Part shown: positions 23,863 through 32,606 of the stretch, piece after piece
Position numbering within the stretch: position 1 is the stretch's first letter
Layout of the letters: every line of letters starts with the position of its first letter
Assembly (NCBI GenBank): GCA_963787025.1
Contig: CAWBBG010000015.1
Location: 32,990-96,989 of the forward strand
DNA from: an uncultured Chloroflexia bacterium
GTDB taxonomy: Bacteria > Chloroflexota > Limnocylindria > QHBO01
Direction: 5' to 3'
DNA length: 64,000 nucleotides
Notes under the pieces: model-generated
Seen by the model: only the letters and a program-made list of their open reading frames with translations
What the model was told of the DNA's origin: nothing
Databases searched by the model: none
Translations under genes and position numbers: made by a program

Positions 23863-24858
23863 CTACAGTCGGTCGCCGATGCCGAGCCGCCTGGCGGCCG
23901 CGATGGCGCGCTCCCGCTCGGCGCTCTTCGCGTAGCGCGACAGCATCTCGCGGCTGCGCCAGCCCGCGAGGGCCATGACCTCGCCCTCCTGCATGCCGCT
24001 CGATAGCGCCTCGTGGGCATAGGTGTGGCGGAACAGGTGGGCGTGGAGCTGTGGGACCCTCGCGGCGGCACCCCGCCGCCGGAGGACCTGGGCGATCCCG
24101 GAGTCGGTCATCCGGCCCTTCTCGCCCAGCCACAGCCAGGGCGCTTCAGCGCGCGGGTGGCGAGCGCGGAGGCGCAGGTAGCGGTCGAGCGCGCGCACGG
24201 CCTTGGCGCCGAGGTGGACGATCCGCTCGCGCCGACCCTTGCCCATGACCCGCATCAGCCCGGCGTCGAGGTCGAGGTCATTGGTCGCGGGGTCCGCTGG
24301 CGTCCAGCGCAGGTTGGCGACCTCCGACAGGCGGGCGCCGGTGGCGAGGAAGGTGCGCACCAATGCGGCATCCCGGCGATCGGCGAAGGTCGGCCCCTCG
24401 CAGGCGGCCAGGATGCGGCGCAGCTCGTCATCGGTCAGGATCGGTGGCGCGTGCTCGGGCACCTTCGGCTTGTGCATGCGGGCCATGGGGTTGTCGCCCA
24501 GCTCAGCCTCGTCGACCAGCCACACAAAGAACGGGCGGATCCCCGAGCGATTGGCCGCGGTGGCCCGCGTCCAGTGCGCCAGCTGGTCCTCCATGAACGA
24601 TTCGAGGTGTTCGCGGCGAATGGCGGCCACATCGGTCGGCATGCCACGCGCCTCGAGGAATTCAGCCAGCCTGCCGAGCGAGGCGAGATAGGTGCGCTGG
24701 GTGGCGAGTGAGAGGTTCTCGGCGCGCAGATGCCGCGCGAAGCTCGCCACGTTGGCGCCGAGGTCGCCGCGGGGTACCATGACCGGACTGGAGGGGGCTG
24801 ACTGCATCCTGAGACGGCTCTGACGGGTTTCCGAAGACGCGTCGAATTTTCCGCTCAT
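23863..24858 (-). CDS. tyrosine recombinase/integrase (XerC/D-like phage integrase family)
   Basis: Start at ATG 24858 (MSGKFDASS). The track ORF extends spuriously across the tRNA. Catalytic-type motifs ARLSEV, HLFRHTYAH, GWRSREMLSRY. Confidence 0.9.
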   Translation of the reverse strand: MSGKFDASSETRQSRLRMQSAPSSPVMVPRGDLGANVASFARHLRAENLSLATQRTYLASLGRLAEFLEARGMPTDVAAIRREHLESFMEDQLAHWTRATAANRSGIRPFFVWLVDEAELGDNPMARMHKPKVPEHAPPILTDDELRRILAACEGPTFADRRDAALVRTFLATGARLSEVANLRWTPADPATNDLDLDAGLMRVMGKGRRERIVHLGAKAVRALDRYLRLRARHPRAEAPWLWLGEKGRMTDSGIAQVLRRRGAAARVPQLHAHLFRHTYAHEALSSGMQEGEVMALAGWRSREMLSRYAKSAERERAIAAARRLGIGDRL

Positions 24859-24953
24859 AGCGCTGTAGTCAATGCCGAATCTGGTTTTCCGCTCTCTTTG
24901 AGCGTGAAACGCGCGCCCGTAGCTCAGCGGACAGAGCGGATGGCTTCGGACCA
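24395..24953 (+). repeat. 559-bp direct repeat, copy 2 (partner 12533-13091)
   Basis: See copy 1. Confidence 0.9.
24861..24912 (+). promoter_or_regulatory. conserved leader upstream of tRNA-Arg (repeat copy F, presumed to contain the tRNA promoter)
   Basis: CGCTGTAGTCAATGCCGAATCTGGTTTTCCGCTCTCTTTGAGCGTGAAACGC is conserved in all six copies from TGGT(T/C)TTCCGCTC onward. No canonical -10/-35 hexamers were recognised. Confidence 0.35.
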
Positions 24954-24988
24954 TCAGGTCGCGGGTTCGATTCCTGCCGGGCGCGCCA
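24913..24988 (+). tRNA. tRNA-Arg (anticodon UCG), CCA encoded
   Basis: Cloverleaf read by eye: acceptor GCGCCCG/CGGGCGC; D arm GCTC-AGCGGACA-GAGC; anticodon arm GATGG-CTTCGGA-CCATC; variable AGGTC; T arm GCGGG-TTCGATT-CCTGC; discriminator G; CCA. Confidence 0.95.
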
Positions 24989-25148
24989 ATGACATGACTT
25001 CGGGCAGAGCCAAGGCCGGGGGCTTGGTGGCGTGCGAACGCCAGCCGTGCGGCCCACGGTCCCTCGCACCTTGGGCCGATCGGCACGGATGAACGTGCCG
25101 CGTGCCCCTCCCGATCTCGCGGCCGTGCGCCCCACGCTCGGAAGCGTC

Positions 25149-25334
25149 ATGAACGTTCAGTCCGGGTCCACCGACCCAGCCGAGCACGCCCCGCCGTATC
25201 CGGGCATCCCGGCCATCATGGACGGCTCGGAGGCGATCGCCTCATACGACGGTGTGATCGATGTCACCGGGGCACTGACCCGCGGGCAGGGCCCGGATAC
25301 CACTGCGGCCCGCGAACTGGTGGAGACGAGGTAA
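25149..25334 (+). CDS. small hypothetical protein; its N-terminus resembles the start of 2-oxoacid/pyruvate:ferredoxin oxidoreductases
   Basis: TAATG overlap with the CBS gene start. PAIMDGSEAIASYDGVIDV. Low information. Confidence 0.25.
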   Translation: MNVQSGSTDPAEHAPPYPGIPAIMDGSEAIASYDGVIDVTGALTRGQGPDTTAARELVETR

Positions 25335-25750
25335 TGAACGTGCAGCTGGGCGCTCTTCGCGTGGCCGATCTCATGTCGATCGAACCCGTGACGGTCTTCG
25401 ACGGCGCCTCGCTCGCCGAGGCCGAGAAGCTGATGCAGCAGCGGGGCGTCACCGGGCTGCCGGTGGTCGACGCGGCCGGTCGTCTGGTCGGCGTCATCAG
25501 CCAGACCGATCTCCTGCGAGCCCACGTGGTCGATGATCACTGGGCACGCTGGCCGGGCCTCGCGGTTCGCCACCTGATGACATCCCCCGCGCTCACGATC
25601 GAGGCCGATGCTCCCATCGCGGAGGCGGCGGCCATCATGGAGCGCCACCACGTGCATCGCCTGGTCGTCGAGACCGCCGGCCGTCCCACGGGTGTCCTGT
25701 CCACCATGGACCTCGTGCGCGCGCTGGTCGACGGCGAGGAGCTTCGTTGA
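25334..25750 (+). CDS. CBS domain pair protein
   Basis: Two CBS repeats (VADLMSIEPVTV..GVTGLPVVD and VRHLMTSPALTI..HVHRLVVE). Confidence 0.8.
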   Translation: MNVQLGALRVADLMSIEPVTVFDGASLAEAEKLMQQRGVTGLPVVDAAGRLVGVISQTDLLRAHVVDDHWARWPGLAVRHLMTSPALTIEADAPIAEAAAIMERHHVHRLVVETAGRPTGVLSTMDLVRALVDGEELR

Positions 25751-25804
25751 TCCCAGGCGAACTGGCATAGCCTCCAGGAGCTCGCCGGACTACGCTGAGC
25801 GCGC

Positions 25805-26926
25805 ATGAACGGGGCTAGCTCGTCCGACCTTGCGCGATGGCGCGCCAACCTCCAGGGGGAGGTCGACGGTGCTGCCGTGTACCGGGGCATGGCCGCCGGT
25901 TGCGACGACGAGCGGCTGCGCGAGCTGTACAGCCGGCTCGCCGAGACCGAGGAGCGGCACGGCGCGCTGTGGCGTGAGCAGATCCTGAACGCGGTGGGTT
26001 CCGTCGAGGTCGCGCCATCGTGGCGGGCGCGGGTGCTGGCAGAGATCGCCCGACGCTTCGGGCCGGGCCTGGTGGCATCCACCATGGCCAGCCAGGAAGC
26101 CGCCTCGCGCGGGATGTACGACGACCAGCCTGAGGCCGCCGGCACCAGCCTTCCCGGCGACGAGCGCTCGCATGCGCGCATCCTGCGAGAGGTCTCCCGC
26201 GGCATGGAGGGCGGTTCACTGGCCCGCTTCGAGGGTCGCCACCGGGCTATCGGCGGCAACGCGTTGCGCGCCGCAGTGCTGGGAGCCAACGACGGGCTGG
26301 TGAGCAACTTCAGCCTGGTGATGGGCGTCGCCGGAGCGGACAGCTCCGGCAAGGCCATCCTGATTGCCGGCTTTGCCGGCCTGCTGGCCGGAGCGCTGTC
26401 CATGGCGCTGGGGGAGTGGCTGAGCGTCCAGAGCGCCCGCGAGCTGTACGCCAACCAGATCCGGATCGAGGCAAACGAGATCGCGGAGATTCCCGAGGAG
26501 GAAGAAGAGGAGCTGCGCCTCATCTACGAGGCGAAAGGCCTGGAGCCCGATGCGGCCCGCCAGCTTGCCCACCGGATCATGACCGGCGACCGGGCATCCG
26601 CCCTCGACACGCTCTCTCGCGAGGAGCTGGGCATCGACCCCGATGAGCTGGGCGGGTCCGCGTGGGTCGCCGCAGGCACATCGTTCGTGCTCTTCAGCCT
26701 GGGTGCCCTGGTCCCCCTCCTGCCATTCCTCTTCCTGCACGGAACCGCGGGGATCGCCGTCTCCGCGACGCTGGCCGGCGTCGCGCTCTTCGCGGTCGGT
26801 GCCGCGATCACGATCGTGACGGGTCAGTCGGCGTTGCGCTCCGGGGCGCGTCAGGTCGCCTTCGGCCTGGCCGCGGCGGCCGTGACGTTCGGCATCGGCT
26901 CGCTCATCGGCAAGGTCATCGCCTAG
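25805..26926 (+). CDS. VIT1/CCC1 family iron/manganese transporter with N-terminal ferritin-like (erythrin) domain
   Basis: N-terminal EVDGAAVYRGMA..ETEERHGALW. VIT core GANDGLVSNFSLVMGVAGA and C-terminal TM segments. Confidence 0.75.
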   Translation: MNGASSSDLARWRANLQGEVDGAAVYRGMAAGCDDERLRELYSRLAETEERHGALWREQILNAVGSVEVAPSWRARVLAEIARRFGPGLVASTMASQEAASRGMYDDQPEAAGTSLPGDERSHARILREVSRGMEGGSLARFEGRHRAIGGNALRAAVLGANDGLVSNFSLVMGVAGADSSGKAILIAGFAGLLAGALSMALGEWLSVQSARELYANQIRIEANEIAEIPEEEEEELRLIYEAKGLEPDAARQLAHRIMTGDRASALDTLSREELGIDPDELGGSAWVAAGTSFVLFSLGALVPLLPFLFLHGTAGIAVSATLAGVALFAVGAAITIVTGQSALRSGARQVAFGLAAAAVTFGIGSLIGKVIA

Positions 26927-26983
26927 CGCGGACGGGAGCCGGGCCCACCGGCGTGCCATGGTGTCATGGGGGAGAATGCATCC

Positions 26984-29374
26984 ATGACCACGACCGCCAC
27001 CTCGGCCAACGGCCCACTCTCCGCGGACGAGCTGCAGCTCATCGACGCCTACTGGCGGGCGGCGAACTACCTGTCGGTCGGCCAGATCTACCTGCTCGAC
27101 AACCCGCTGCTCCGCGAGCCGCTGACCCCCGACCACATCAAGCCGCGCCTGCTCGGGCACTGGGGCACCACGCCGGGGCTGAACCTGATCTACGCGCACA
27201 TGAACCGCGTGATCCGCAACTGGGACCTCGACGCCATCTACGTGACCGGTCCTGGCCACGGAGGTCCCGGCCTCGTGGCGAACGCCTACCTGGAGGGGAC
27301 CTACACGGAGCGCTATTCGACCATCACCCGGGACGAGGAGGGGTTGCACCGGCTGTTCCGCCAGTTCAGCTTCCCGGGCGGGATTCCCAGCCACGTGGCC
27401 CCCGAGACGCCGGGATCCATCCACGAGGGCGGTGAGCTGGGTTATTCGCTGGCCCACGCCTACGGGGCTGCATTCGACAATCCGGACCTGGTGGTCTGCT
27501 GCGTGATCGGCGACGGGGAGGCGGAGACCGGGCCACTCGCCGCCAGCTGGCACGCGAACAAGTTCGTGAACCCGGCGCGGGATGGTGCCGTCCTGCCCAT
27601 CCTGCATCTGAACGGCTACAAGATCGCCAACCCGACCGTCCTGGCGCGCATCCCCGACGAGGAGCTGGTCTCGCTGCTCTCCGGCTACGGCCATCGCGTC
27701 CACGTCGTCGCCGGCGATGACCCGGCCACCGTGCACCAGCAGCTGGCCGCGACGCTCGACACGGTCGTCGACGAGATCGCAACCATCCAGAAGGCCGCGC
27801 GCACCGGCGGGCATGCCGGGAGCACCGCCGGCGATCGTCCGCGTTGGCCGATGATCGTCCTGCGCACGCCGAAGGGCTGGACCGGACCCAAGGTCGTGGA
27901 CGGTCTCCCGGTCGAGGGCACCTTCCGCGCGCACCAGGTGCCTCTCACCCAGGTGCGCACCAACCCCGAGCATCTCGCCATGCTGGAGTCATGGATGCGC
28001 AGCTACCGGCCCGAGGAGCTGTTCGACGCGAGGGGCGCCCTCGCGGAGCCACTGGCGGCCCTCCCGCCCAAGGGGCATCGCCGCATGAGCGCGAACCCGC
28101 ACGCCAACGGGGGCGAGCTGCTGGTCGACCTGCGCTTGCCGGACTTCCGCGATTACGCGGTCCCGGTTGCGAAGCCCGGCACCACGTTCACCGAGGCGAC
28201 CCGGGTGCTGGGCACCCTGCTGCGCGACGTGATCCGCGACAACCCCGACTCATTCCGCCTCTTCGGTCCCGATGAGACCGCGTCGAACCGTCTCTCCGCC
28301 GTCTTCGAGACGACCGATCGGGCCTGGGACGCGGAGATGATCCCGATCGACGACCACCTGGCCCCCGACGGGCGGGTGATGGAGGTGCTCAGCGAGCACC
28401 TCTGCCAGGGCTGGCTGGAGGGCTACCTCCTCACCGGCCGCCATGGCCTCTTCAACTGCTACGAGGCGTTCATCCACATCATCGACTCGATGTTCAACCA
28501 GCACGCCAAGTGGCTGAAGGTGACCCGCGAGATCCCCTGGCGGCGGCCCATCGCTTCGCTGAACTACCTGCTCTCGAGCCACGTCTGGCGGCAGGACCAC
28601 AACGGCTTCTCCCACCAGGATCCGGGGTTCATCGACCACGTGGTGAACAAGAAGGCGGAGGTGATCCGCGTCTACCTGCCCCCGGACGCGAACACGCTGC
28701 TTTCCGTCGCGGACCACTGCCTCCGCAGCCGGAACTACGTCAACGTCATCGTGGCCGGCAAGCAGCCCGCCCTGAACTGGCTCCCGATGGACAAGGCCAT
28801 CATCCATGCCACCCGGGGGGCGGGGATCTGGGACTTCGCGAGCACCGACCACGACGGGGAGCCCGACGTGGTGCTGGCCTGCTGCGGCGACGTCCCGACC
28901 CTCGAGACCCTCGCGGCCGCGGATCTGCTGCGCCAGCGCCTTCCCGACCTGGCGGTCCGCGTCGTGAACGTGGTTGACCTCATGCGGCTCCAGCCGGAGC
29001 GCGAGCATCCGCACGGGATGAGCGACGCGGAATTCGATGCGCTCTTCACCAAGGACCGGCCGGTGATCTTCGCCCACCACGGCTACCCCTGGCTGATCCA
29101 TCGGCTCACCTACCGGCGGGCCAACCACGACAACATCCACGTGCGGGGCTTCAAGGAGGAGGGGACCACCACCACGCCGTTCGACATGGTCATGCTCAAC
29201 GACCTCGACCGCTTCCACCTGGTGATGGACGTCATCGACCGTGTCCCGGGGCTTGCCTCGCGGGCCGGGCACATCCGCCAGGAGATGAGCGACCGACGGC
29301 TCGAAGCGCGGCAGTACACCCGCGAGCACGGCGAGGACATGCCGGAGATCCGCGACTGGACCTGGCCGCACTGA
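26984..29374 (+). CDS. xfp: phosphoketolase (xylulose-5-P/fructose-6-P phosphoketolase)
   Basis: About 796 aa. [49 protein letters not shown]. Confidence 0.9.
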   Translation: MTTTATSANGPLSADELQLIDAYWRAANYLSVGQIYLLDNPLLREPLTPDHIKPRLLGHWGTTPGLNLIYAHMNRVIRNWDLDAIYVTGPGHGGPGLVANAYLEGTYTERYSTITRDEEGLHRLFRQFSFPGGIPSHVAPETPGSIHEGGELGYSLAHAYGAAFDNPDLVVCCVIGDGEAETGPLAASWHANKFVNPARDGAVLPILHLNGYKIANPTVLARIPDEELVSLLSGYGHRVHVVAGDDPATVHQQLAATLDTVVDEIATIQKAARTGGHAGSTAGDRPRWPMIVLRTPKGWTGPKVVDGLPVEGTFRAHQVPLTQVRTNPEHLAMLESWMRSYRPEELFDARGALAEPLAALPPKGHRRMSANPHANGGELLVDLRLPDFRDYAVPVAKPGTTFTEATRVLGTLLRDVIRDNPDSFRLFGPDETASNRLSAVFETTDRAWDAEMIPIDDHLAPDGRVMEVLSEHLCQGWLEGYLLTGRHGLFNCYEAFIHIIDSMFNQHAKWLKVTREIPWRRPIASLNYLLSSHVWRQDHNGFSHQDPGFIDHVVNKKAEVIRVYLPPDANTLLSVADHCLRSRNYVNVIVAGKQPALNWLPMDKAIIHATRGAGIWDFASTDHDGEPDVVLACCGDVPTLETLAAADLLRQRLPDLAVRVVNVVDLMRLQPEREHPHGMSDAEFDALFTKDRPVIFAHHGYPWLIHRLTYRRANHDNIHVRGFKEEGTTTTPFDMVMLNDLDRFHLVMDVIDRVPGLASRAGHIRQEMSDRRLEARQYTREHGEDMPEIRDWTWPH

Positions 29375-29394
29375 GCGGCGTGGCGCGCGCACCG

Positions 29395-30498
29395 ATGCGG
29401 ATCCTGGTCGTCAACGCCGGCTCAAGCAGCCTGAAGCTGCGCCTGATCGACGCGGACGACCGCGTCGCGGGGAGCGTGGACCTGCCCGCACCCGGCGGCC
29501 TGGCGTCCCGGGACCGCGTCTCGGCGGCCATCGACTCGCTCGGCGCGGTCGACGCCGTGGGCCATCGCATCGTCCATGGCGGCGTGGAGTTCCGGGACGC
29601 GGTGCGCCTCGACCCCCGCGTCGTCGAGCGCCTGCGTGCCCTCACGGACCTGGCGCCGCTGCACCAGCCGAAGGCGCTCGCGGCGCTCGACGCGGTCGGG
29701 GAGGTGCTGCCGCACATCCCGGCGTTCGCCTGCTTCGACACCGCATTTCACGCCACCCTGCCCGCGGCCGCCGCCACGTACGCCATTCCCCGCGAGTGGC
29801 GCCGCCGCTGGCCGCTGCGCCGGTTTGGCTTCCATGGCCTCTCGCATGCCTACGCATCGCGGCGCGCAGCCGAGCTGCTCGGGCGGCCGGTGGAGGAGCT
29901 GCGGATCGTCACCTGCCACCTCGGAGCGGGAGCCTCGCTCGCCGCCGTGGCCGGGGGCCGCTCCGTGGAGACGACCATGGGCTTCACACCGCTGGAGGGG
30001 CTGGTCATGGCGACCCGTTCGGGCACGGTCGATCCCGGCCTGGTCCTCTGGCTCCAGGAGCACGTCGGCACCCCGCCGGCCGAGCTGGCCGCGACACTCG
30101 AGGGACGCTCCGGCTTGCTGGGCCTGGCGGGAACGTCCGACATGCGGTCGGTGCTGGCGGCCGAGGCCGCCGGTGACGAGGAGGCTCATCTCGCGGCGGA
30201 GGTCTACCTGCATCGGCTCCGCGCAGGCATCGCATCCATGGCCGCGGCCATGGATGGGCTCGAGGTGCTCGTCTTCACCGGCGGGGTGGGGGAGCACGCA
30301 CCGGAGATCCGGTCGCGCGCCACGACCGGGCTGGGCTTCCTGGGCGTACAGATCGACGGGCAGCGAAACGCCGCGACCGAGCCGCAGGACCGTGAGCTGA
30401 CCGGGGCGGACGCCACGGTCCGGAGCCTTGTCGTCGCGGCACGCGAGGATCTCGAGATCACCCGCCAGGTGCGGGCGCTGCTCGCCCAGGGCACCTGA
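29395..30498 (+). CDS. ackA: acetate kinase
   Basis: MRILVVNAGSSSLKLRL, HRIVHGG, FDTAFH, FHGLSH, GGVGEH. Start at ATG 29395 (the track uses GTG 29380). Confidence 0.9.
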   Translation: MRILVVNAGSSSLKLRLIDADDRVAGSVDLPAPGGLASRDRVSAAIDSLGAVDAVGHRIVHGGVEFRDAVRLDPRVVERLRALTDLAPLHQPKALAALDAVGEVLPHIPAFACFDTAFHATLPAAAATYAIPREWRRRWPLRRFGFHGLSHAYASRRAAELLGRPVEELRIVTCHLGAGASLAAVAGGRSVETTMGFTPLEGLVMATRSGTVDPGLVLWLQEHVGTPPAELAATLEGRSGLLGLAGTSDMRSVLAAEAAGDEEAHLAAEVYLHRLRAGIASMAAAMDGLEVLVFTGGVGEHAPEIRSRATTGLGFLGVQIDGQRNAATEPQDRELTGADATVRSLVVAAREDLEITRQVRALLAQGT

Positions 30499-30663
30499 GG
30501 CGCCCCGGCCGGCAGCGCCGCAGCCGGCGATGGTGTCCGCAGCGTGGCGGTCGGAGCCCGAAGTGGCACGGGTCGAGTGGACCCATCGATGGGGCATCTC
30601 GGCCCGCCCAACTCGGCCGTTCAGCACGTATGCGCACCTGCGAATAGATGCGATGGTTGAGCC

Positions 30664-31026
30664 ATGGACGCGATCTACGAACTGCAGGCCGAGGTCCTCA
30701 AGACGCTCGCCAACCCGCGTCGCCTGGAAATCGTCCATCGGCTGGCCGAAGGACCGCACGAGGTCGGACGGCTCGCCACGGAGATGGGCATTGCACAGCC
30801 CAACCTGAGCCAGCACCTTGCACTGATGCGCACCGCCGGGATCGTCGAAGGCGACCGGGTGGGGCGCGAGGTGCGCTATCGGCTCACAGATACCGCCATC
30901 GTGGCCGCCTGCGGTCTCATGCGCGGAGTGCTCGAGCGACGCTTGCAGCGGCTCGCCGACCTGTATCAGCTCGACACGAACGACCGCCCTGCACGGCCGC
31001 GTGTCGTCGAAGGAAACGGCCGCTGA
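30664..31026 (+). CDS. ArsR/SmtB family transcriptional regulator
   Basis: LKTLANPRRLEIVHRLAEGPHEVGRLATEMGIAQPNLSQHLALMRTAGIV. Confidence 0.85.
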   Translation: MDAIYELQAEVLKTLANPRRLEIVHRLAEGPHEVGRLATEMGIAQPNLSQHLALMRTAGIVEGDRVGREVRYRLTDTAIVAACGLMRGVLERRLQRLADLYQLDTNDRPARPRVVEGNGR

Positions 31027-31052
31027 CGCGGCCCTACGAGGTATCTGTACCG

Positions 31053-31466
31053 ATGGACGAGCCTCTCGCCATCACGCTCTTCTCCGGCACCGACGACAAG
31101 CTCACCGCGGCAGCCGTGCTGGTCGCCGGGGCGGCGGCCATCGGACGGCCGGTGCACATCTTCCTCCAGTACTGGGCCCTCGACGCCTTCCGCTTCAACG
31201 CTGCGGAGCGGGCGCTCACGCTTGCACCGGAGGCTGGTGAGGCGGGTCGCGCCGCGGTCGAGGCGCTGGCCGCAGCCGGACAGGCAGGCTGGCGCGAGAC
31301 CCTGGCCCAGGCCAAGGAGATCGGCCAGGTCGACATCCAGGCCTGCTCGCTGTCGATGGACCTCCTGCATCTCACTCCCGACGACCTCGATCCCCTCGTG
31401 GACGGCGTGGAGGGCGTCACCGCCTTCTGGCTCGCCGCCTCCGAGGGCCAGGTCGTCTTCATCTGA
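31053..31466 (+). CDS. DsrE/DsrF-like sulfur-relay family protein
   Basis: LAITLFSGTDDKLTAAAVLVAGAAAIGRPVHIFLQYWAL..IQACSLSMDLL. Intact. Confidence 0.6.
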   Translation: MDEPLAITLFSGTDDKLTAAAVLVAGAAAIGRPVHIFLQYWALDAFRFNAAERALTLAPEAGEAGRAAVEALAAAGQAGWRETLAQAKEIGQVDIQACSLSMDLLHLTPDDLDPLVDGVEGVTAFWLAASEGQVVFI

Positions 31467-31487
31467 GAGCGAAAGGATCCGCGTGAC

Positions 31488-31721
31488 ATGACCTGGAGAT
31501 CACCCAGCACCTAGACGCGCGAGACCTCTCCTGCCCGATGCCGATCGTGAAGACCGCCGTGGCGATCAAGGGGCTCGCCTCGGGCCAGCTGCTGGAGGTC
31601 CTGGCGACCGACCCGGGCTCGACGAAGGACTTCGCCGCCTGGAGCCAAGACGACCGGCAACGAGCTCGTCGAGCAGACGGCCGAGGACGGCGTCTACCGC
31701 TTCGTCCTCCGCAAGAAGTGA
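31488..31721 (+). pseudogene. TusA/SirA-like sulfurtransferase, apparent frameshifts (near 31495 and 31646)
   Basis: LDARDLSCPMPIVKTAVAIKGLASGQLLEVLATDPGSTKDFAAWS, then KTTGNELVEQTAEDGVYRFVLRKK* in another frame. The ATG at 31488 is out of frame with the CPxP core. Confidence 0.7.
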
Positions 31722-31733
31722 AGGACCCACCCA

Positions 31734-32317
31734 ATGACCGTTACGACCAAGCCTGACGCGGTCGATGAGCTGCTGACGACGAGTCGCTCATCGCCGCGAC
31801 CGCCACCGAGCCTGCCAGCGAGGCAGAGGCTCCCAAGAAGACGAACTCGATCATCCTCATCGCCGAGAGCGGTGACCTGGAGAAGACCTGGGCCACCACG
31901 ATCCTGGCCTCGACCGCCGCCGCGTCGGGCATGGAGGTCTCGCATCTTCTTCACCTTCTGGGGCTTCATGGCCCTCGTGAAGCCGGAGAAGCGGACCTTC
32001 GGCGAGAACTGGATGCAGAAGATGATGTCGGTCATGAATCGACCCGGCATCGATCACCTCAAGCTCATCCGCATGAACTTCATGGGCATGGGCCCCTGGA
32101 TGATGGGCAAGCTCGCCAAGCAGTACGGCGTTGCCAAGCCCGGCGAGCTGCTCGAGATGGCCATGGCCATGGGCGTGAAGTTCCTGCCCTGCCAGATGAG
32201 CATGGACATGTTCGGCCTCAAGCGCGAGGACCTGATCGACGGGCATCGACGAGCCGGTGGGCGCGGCGACCGTGCTCGGCCATGATCGCCGACGGAACCC
32301 CGGCCCTCTTCATCTGA
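31734..32317 (+). pseudogene. DsrE-like/peroxiredoxin-like sulfur module protein, about four apparent frameshifts
   Basis: Segments MTVTTKPDAVDELL, DDESLIAATATEPASEAEAPKKTNSIILIAESGDLEKTWATTILASTAAASGMEV, RIFFTFWGFMALVKPEK..LKREDLIDG, IDEPVGAATVLG and MIADGTPALFI* lie in alternating frames. Confidence 0.7.
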
Positions 32318-32337
32318 CCCCGAAAGGACGGACCGAC

Positions 32338-32592
32338 ATGCTCGAGAGAATCTCGAGCGTCTCCATCACCCGCACCATCGACGCTCGCGGCAGCTACTGC
32401 CCGGGCCCGCTGATGGAGCTGATCCGCGCGATCCGCGAGGGAGCCGTGGGCGACGTCATCGCCGTCCTCTCGTCGGACTCAGGGTCGCAAGATCGATATC
32501 CCCAAGTGGGTCGAGAAGGCCGGGCCATCGCCTGGTCGGCATCACGACCGCGCGACGGCTACGACGAGATCGTCGTCGAGAAGCTGCGCTGA
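32338..32592 (+). pseudogene. second TusA/SirA-like protein, three closely spaced apparent frameshifts (about 32488, 32524, 32550)
   Basis: IDARGSYCPGPLMELIRAIREGAVGDVIAVLSSDSGS, KIDIPKWVEKAG, HRLVGITTA and RDGYDEIVVEKLR* occupy three frames and return to the first. Confidence 0.7.
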
Positions 32593-32606
32593 GGAGGCGC
32601 ACGCCC

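Larger units (their letters stand above)
13092..24953 (+). mobile_element. island unit 5: integrative element with intact integrase, RepRelax protein, two IS insertions and secreted-protein cargo
   Basis: Runs from the copy E junction to the crossover limit in the intact tRNA. The integrase is adjacent to the tRNA. Confidence 0.65.
5958..24988 (+). mobile_element. composite genomic island at tRNA-Arg(UCG): five tandem units separated by partial tRNA repeats
   Basis: Six copies of the tRNA upstream region plus the first 41 nt of the tRNA. All cargo is accessory (Fic, VapBC, proteases, IS256, IS481, RepRelax, integrases), and several cargo genes use visibly less GC-biased codons than the flanks. 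Confidence 0.8.

Noticed and set aside
25004-25028. Possible terminator hairpin after the tRNA (CCAAGGCCGGGGGCTTGG)
   Set aside because: Only a 5-bp outer stem pairs cleanly, and there is no U tract. It is too weak to call.
23863-25086. Integrase ORF as given in the track (407 aa), extending across the tRNA gene
   Set aside because: The N-terminal 76 codons overlap the tRNA and its flank on the opposite strand. The truncated duplicate at 12460-12996 starts at the same internal ATG (MSGKFDASS), which I take as the real start.
25088-25345. Three occurrences of ATGAACGTNC(A/C)G (25088, 25149, 25334)
   Set aside because: They are short, with no further similarity around them. Two coincide with plausible start codons. 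This is probably chance plus the MNV start context.
26216-27973. 585-aa minus-strand ORF, with similar ones at 28250..29392 and 29422..30816
   Set aside because: They are antisense to phosphoketolase and acetate kinase.
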